Shown here piece after piece: positions 60,367-64,000 of a stretch of DNA of 64,000 bases. Numbering within the stretch: position 1 is the stretch's first letter; the number at the start of each line of letters is the position of its first letter. This DNA comes from Dehalococcoidia bacterium (GTDB taxonomy: Bacteria > Chloroflexota > Dehalococcoidia > Lucifugimonadales > UBA3495), in NCBI GenBank assembly GCA_034421995.1, contig DAOUJY010000077.1, positions 840 through 64,839 of the forward strand. Direction: 5' to 3'. The translations under genes and the position numbers were made by a program. The notes under the pieces are model-generated. The model did no database searches, was not told the DNA's origin, and saw nothing but the letters and a program-made list of their open reading frames with translations.

Positions 60367-60660
60367 TCAGAGGGTTCCAGCGGTGATGTCAATGGCCAGC
60401 GCCAAGGCTTCCCAAAAGGAAGCCATCTGTCCGGCAGCCGGTGGTGAATCGCGAAACGGGCATTCCCACACAGTCAGCACCGCCCTGCCCTTTTCTTGCA
60501 ACAAAACGATGCTCCGAGCGTCGCGGGCGTGAATGCGCTCCACCTTTCTCTAGCCAATACCCCCGGTTGGCGGCGGGAATACGAAACACCGGCTCTGTAC
60601 GCTCTTCAGCGCCAGCTCCCCCGCTCCAATACAACCCCACCCATATACCCGCCTGGTCAC
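60367..60660 (-). pseudogene. vsr: Decayed very-short-patch repair endonuclease (vsr) fragment
   Basis: Two frames together read ..AGIWVGLYWS..RIPAANRGYWLE / KVERIHARDARSIVLLQEKGRAVLTVWECPFRD. The second segment matches the intact Vsr at 62993..63436 at 24 of 33 positions. There is a frameshift near 60545, and the 5' part is missing or overlapped by the LLM gene's end. Confidence 0.65.
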
Positions 60661-61781
60661 GCGAACCGGGGCATCACCTTCGTCGCAAAATTCTCCAGGT
60701 TTTGCAGCGTCTTGCGCAGGGGAATGCCGGCGTGGGCGAATTCCACCAGCAGGTAGTCCAGGTTGCAGACTTCCCGCAGTTCCTGCACCTGCTCGGCCAC
60801 GTTGTCCGGCGAGCCGACCAGCAGGGTGCGCGGTTGCAGGAAGTCCCAGTCCAGCTTGACGTCGGGGGACAGTTCTTCGTCGGGGTTGGTGAACACCTGT
60901 CGGCCCCGAAAGGGGTCGTTGAATATGAACGCGGACATTATGCCGGCCTCGGCATCCCGGCGGGCTTCCTCCATTGAAGACGCGACATAGGTGGAGCGCA
61001 TGACCGCCTGGTCTTCGCCCAGGGTGAAGGATCGGCCCTCCAGCTTTGACCGCACCTCGGCGTAAAGTTCCATGCGCTGTTTGATCCGCAGCGGCGGGGG
61101 CTGCCAGTAGCAGGCTTTCAGCCCCATCTCGGCGGCGGTTGACACCGACCGGTTGGTGGACACGGTCATCCAAAGGGGTGGATGTGGCTTCTGGTAGGGA
61201 CGGGGCGTCACGCGCAGGCGGGTCACCCGTTCGCCGTCCTGCCAGTCCGGGTTTGGCGGGTATAACGGGTGGGAGAACACCGTGTTTTCGGTGGGGAAAG
61301 TGTAGTTCGCGCCCTGGTGGGAGAAGTACTCGTCGGCCCAGATCTTGCGGACGATTTCCACGGTCTCCCGAAACAACTCCCGGTTCTCCCGTTCCCGGCG
61401 CGGGTCGGCGTGGGGATGAAACTGGGGGCCTTCGTAGGGCCAGATGCCCCGTCCGAACCCGACTTCGATCCGGCCCCGGGGCATGTTGTCCAGGATGGCA
61501 AGGTCTTCGGCCAGCCGTATCGGATGCCACCAGGGCGCGATGTTGGCCATCTGGCCGATGCGAATCCGGCTCGTCCGCGCCGCCAGGTCCGCCCCCAGCA
61601 GAATGGGATTGGGTATGTCGCCCACGCCGTAGGGTCCGAAGTGGTGCTCGCCCAGCCACATCGCCTCGAAACCCAGCTCCTCGGCCAGGATGGTCTGCTG
61701 GCGGAGATTGTCCAGATGTTCCGCCGAACTGGCAGCCTCGCCGGCCGACGCCGCCACGGTGGTGAACGCGGCAAACCTCAT
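60657..61781 (-). CDS. LLM-class flavin-dependent oxidoreductase
   Basis: The segment FEAMWLGEHHFGPYG and the ~374-aa length match the 29691..30752 family. Confidence 0.85.
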   Translation of the reverse strand: MRFAAFTTVAASAGEAASSAEHLDNLRQQTILAEELGFEAMWLGEHHFGPYGVGDIPNPILLGADLAARTSRIRIGQMANIAPWWHPIRLAEDLAILDNMPRGRIEVGFGRGIWPYEGPQFHPHADPRRERENRELFRETVEIVRKIWADEYFSHQGANYTFPTENTVFSHPLYPPNPDWQDGERVTRLRVTPRPYQKPHPPLWMTVSTNRSVSTAAEMGLKACYWQPPPLRIKQRMELYAEVRSKLEGRSFTLGEDQAVMRSTYVASSMEEARRDAEAGIMSAFIFNDPFRGRQVFTNPDEELSPDVKLDWDFLQPRTLLVGSPDNVAEQVQELREVCNLDYLLVEFAHAGIPLRKTLQNLENFATKVMPRFA

Positions 61782-61955
61782 GTCAGGACCTCCAACCCAT
61801 TGAACTTCACGCGTGAGCGCCGGGAGGAATCTGCAATTTCAAAGGGTTAAAGATGAAGGCACGTACCTCCTCGGTCGCCCCTATTTGTCTGCGATGGGGC
61901 GGGTCGGACGCAGCCACGCGCTTAGGGCGCAAGCGCGATAGAATTGCCCGTTGGT

Positions 61956-62402
61956 TCAGTCCCTGTGTGGTTGCAAGTTGATGTAATTTCGGGTGGGATT
62001 TCCGCAGCCGGCATGATGAAAGCCAGGTTGAAGAAGTTGATTGCATTGCGGGCAAGGGAACGGCCGGGACGCAAGACCGTCCGTGATAGCCGCGGTTTGC
62101 TCATCTACATTGAGAATGTAACCGCAGTAGGGGCATTGGTATGCGGAGTTGACCTCGCTTCCTAAGTAGGGGAACGCGCCATCCCGGTTTCTGGCCGTTT
62201 CGTAATATGACCAGCACAACTGAACGTCGGTGAAAATCCTGATGGTGGGGAAAGATGAAACCAGTACCATATCGGCCGGTGCCCCGCAACAGATGCAGCG
62301 CGGTTCTGCAATTTGAATATGCGCTTGAATGTCGCCTTGCAAAGCACCTTCAATGGGCATAAACCCGACCTGATGATGCTGGTCATTTCGGCGGGTCTCC
62401 AT
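61956..62402 (-). CDS. Cys-rich hypothetical protein with zinc-ribbon-like motifs
   Basis: It contains CICCG, CPYCG and CPQC pairs. I recognise no family. It lies in the A/T-richer islet. Confidence 0.45.
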   Translation of the reverse strand: METRRNDQHHQVGFMPIEGALQGDIQAHIQIAEPRCICCGAPADMVLVSSFPTIRIFTDVQLCWSYYETARNRDGAFPYLGSEVNSAYQCPYCGYILNVDEQTAAITDGLASRPFPCPQCNQLLQPGFHHAGCGNPTRNYINLQPHRD

Positions 62403-62502
62403 TTGAGGATCCCCTTTTAATTGTAGGGGCCAACAATGACGAGGAAAGACTCGGCCGAGGTCTGGCCTTGGCCAAGCTTGGTAAACCGTGCGGTAAGCAG
62501 AA

Positions 62503-62964
62503 TTATGCTTGGTTCGGGTATAGTTCTGCCGGCTGCATGGTTAAAGCTGTGCCTTCATCTCCCTCGGCTTCAAGGGCCATATAAACTGCGGATGAGCCGA
62601 GGGGAGAGAATTCTACCCGTAACCTATGGCCAGCATTTTCTTCTGCTGGCTTGTGGAACAGAAACAGCCCGCCATCCCCGACATTGATGGCGTTGCCTAC
62701 GTTCGCCGCAGCCGGTGACAAATTGGGGCACAAGGGTATCGCTTCAGACCAATCAGTTCCGTCGCCAACCCCTTGCCATGTTGCGAGTACCTTGCCCTTG
62801 CCCGACTTGAAGTCCAGTTGGTAGATTCGGTTCTGGGTTCCATTCTCAAATTGGAAGGTGATGTCGGCCGCGGCTCTGCCGTTGGCAATACGCTTCTGCA
62901 AATCGCGTCCCAGCGCGCGAGTTATAGTATCCCGGATACCACCGGGCAGTGTGATGACGGGCAT
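62503..62964 (-). CDS. Hypothetical protein (about 153 aa, beta-rich)
   Basis: ATG 62964 lies 6 nt after GGAGGG. The gene starts 28 nt downstream of the vsr stop. I recognise no family. Confidence 0.5.
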   Translation of the reverse strand: MPVITLPGGIRDTITRALGRDLQKRIANGRAAADITFQFENGTQNRIYQLDFKSGKGKVLATWQGVGDGTDWSEAIPLCPNLSPAAANVGNAINVGDGGLFLFHKPAEENAGHRLRVEFSPLGSSAVYMALEAEGDEGTALTMQPAELYPNQA

Positions 62965-62992
62965 TTGAGTTCCCTCCAATGAACGTCTGATT

Positions 62993-63436
62993 CTATGAAA
63001 GAGTATAACATTGCGCGCTGACGCCGGGGCGTCCCAAAAAGGCGGCCATTAGTTCAGTGGCCGCTGGCAAATCCCGCAACTGGCACTCCCACACAGTCAG
63101 CACCGCCCAGCCTTTTTCCTCCAGCAAGGCAACGTTGCGGGCATCGCGAGCGTGGTTGCGCTCCAATTTCGTTAACCAGTATTCCCGATTGGTGGTGGGA
63201 ATGCGAACGCGTGGGCAACCATCGTGGCGGTGCCAGAAACAACCGTTGACGAATATAACCTTGCGCCGCGAAGGAAAAACCAAATCGGGCCGCCCCGGAA
63301 GGTCAGCCCGATGCAAACGATACCGATAACCGAGGCCGTGCAACAGCCGCCGCACCTTCATCTCCGGCTTCATGCCTTTTGACTTGACCCGCGCCATGAT
63401 GCGGCTGCGGGTTTCGGGGGATACGGTGTCGGCCAT
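62993..63436 (-). CDS. vsr: Very short patch repair endonuclease
   Basis: The segments PDLVFPSRRKVIFVNGCFWHRHDGCP, TNREYWLTKLERNHARDAR and GWAVLTVWECQL form the canonical Vsr signature. Confidence 0.9.
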   Translation of the reverse strand: MADTVSPETRSRIMARVKSKGMKPEMKVRRLLHGLGYRYRLHRADLPGRPDLVFPSRRKVIFVNGCFWHRHDGCPRVRIPTTNREYWLTKLERNHARDARNVALLEEKGWAVLTVWECQLRDLPAATELMAAFLGRPGVSAQCYTLS

Positions 63437-63468
63437 GACGACTTGCCTATCAGATTTGGGTTATGTTC

Positions 63469-64000
63469 CTATCCGTTCTCGATTTCTTCCAGTCTAGTCC
63501 GAGCCAACCATTCCAAGCGCTCGGCTTGCGCCAACAGAGTTCGGCGTATTCCCACCGTAACTTGGCGTTCACTGATCCTGCGCGCCAGGTCTGCTATTGT
63601 CCTTGCGCGGCGCGCTAGTCGAATGTCAGGGTGCTCCCGCTGTTGACGGAGTTCGTCGCTCAAAATTGACGCGCGTATTGATGGCGGCAAGGTTATAGTT
63701 TCAGCCGGCGCTACTTCACGTTCGTTGAGCACTGCTCCGAACCGGGATTGCTGTAGGGCTTGTTCGTAAACCGTGAACTCGGCCCGACTAAGAGTTTCTC
63801 TCACATCTCTGGTCAGGTCCCAAAAGGGCCACATTTCGATTTCGGCCACCTCGAATGGGTCGAGAATGCTCATCGCAACTGCGTCGGTGCGCTGATTCGT
63901 TAAATGGCGCCGTATGCGTATCCTCAGCCCTTCGGAAGTTTGGCCGACGTAAATAGGTTCGCCGTCGTAGTCGTAGAAAAGATAAACTCCATGCCTACAG
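63469..64000 (-). CDS. GIY-YIG nuclease domain protein; N-terminus lies outside the window
   Basis: The frame of ORF 63469..63873 stays open up to nt 63999 and reads ..HGVYLFYDYDGEPIYVGQTSEGLRIRIRRHL.. (GIY...YVG...R..H). Confidence 0.7.
   Translation of the reverse strand, partial: CRHGVYLFYDYDGEPIYVGQTSEGLRIRIRRHLTNQRTDAVAMSILDPFEVAEIEMWPFWDLTRDVRETLSRAEFTVYEQALQQSRFGAVLNEREVAPAETITLPPSIRASILSDELRQQREHPDIRLARRARTIADLARRISERQVTVGIRRTLLAQAERLEWLARTRLEEIENG

Overview
This is a GC-rich, gene-dense bacterial chromosomal segment with about 75 protein-coding genes. I found no rRNA, tRNA or CRISPR array by eye, and no integrase, transposase or phage structural genes. The gene content includes two LLM flavin monooxygenases, two MFS transporters, three VOC-fold genes, an amidohydrolase, a TPP enzyme, an HpcH aldolase, an ABM monooxygenase and five Uma2-family nuclease genes. 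Several families of short palindromic intergenic repeats are also present. Together this resembles Chloroflexota, possibly SAR202-like, but that is inference only. Core genes present are yebC-ruvC-ruvA, uvrB, thrC, sat, a metF-like gene, sppA and an inositol monophosphatase. Small, visibly more A/T-rich accessory modules are interspersed among them. The main candidates for follow-up:
- A HEPN (Rx4H) gene coupled to an unrecognisable partner and a TPR protein, next to a DinJ/YafQ pair (43.3-44.6 kb).
- A five-gene STAS / receiver-PP2C / RsbW-like kinase / periplasmic binding protein / histidine kinase operon with no sigma factor (37.1-42.7 kb).
- An A/T-richer islet with GIY-YIG nuclease, vsr and two unknown genes at the right edge, plus a decayed second vsr copy at 60.4-60.7 kb.
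- An edge-truncated protein with plant-type LRRs and near-identical 72-bp repeats.
- A split D-glutamate-cyclase-like gene pair.
- A MITE-like element.
- A frameshifted PaREP1/HEPN-like gene upstream of a NYN-thrC-Uma2 array.

All calls come from reading the ORF translations and the DNA by eye. Repeat coordinates were hand-derived and cross-checked against the ORF coordinates. Family assignments are motif-level recognitions, not search results.
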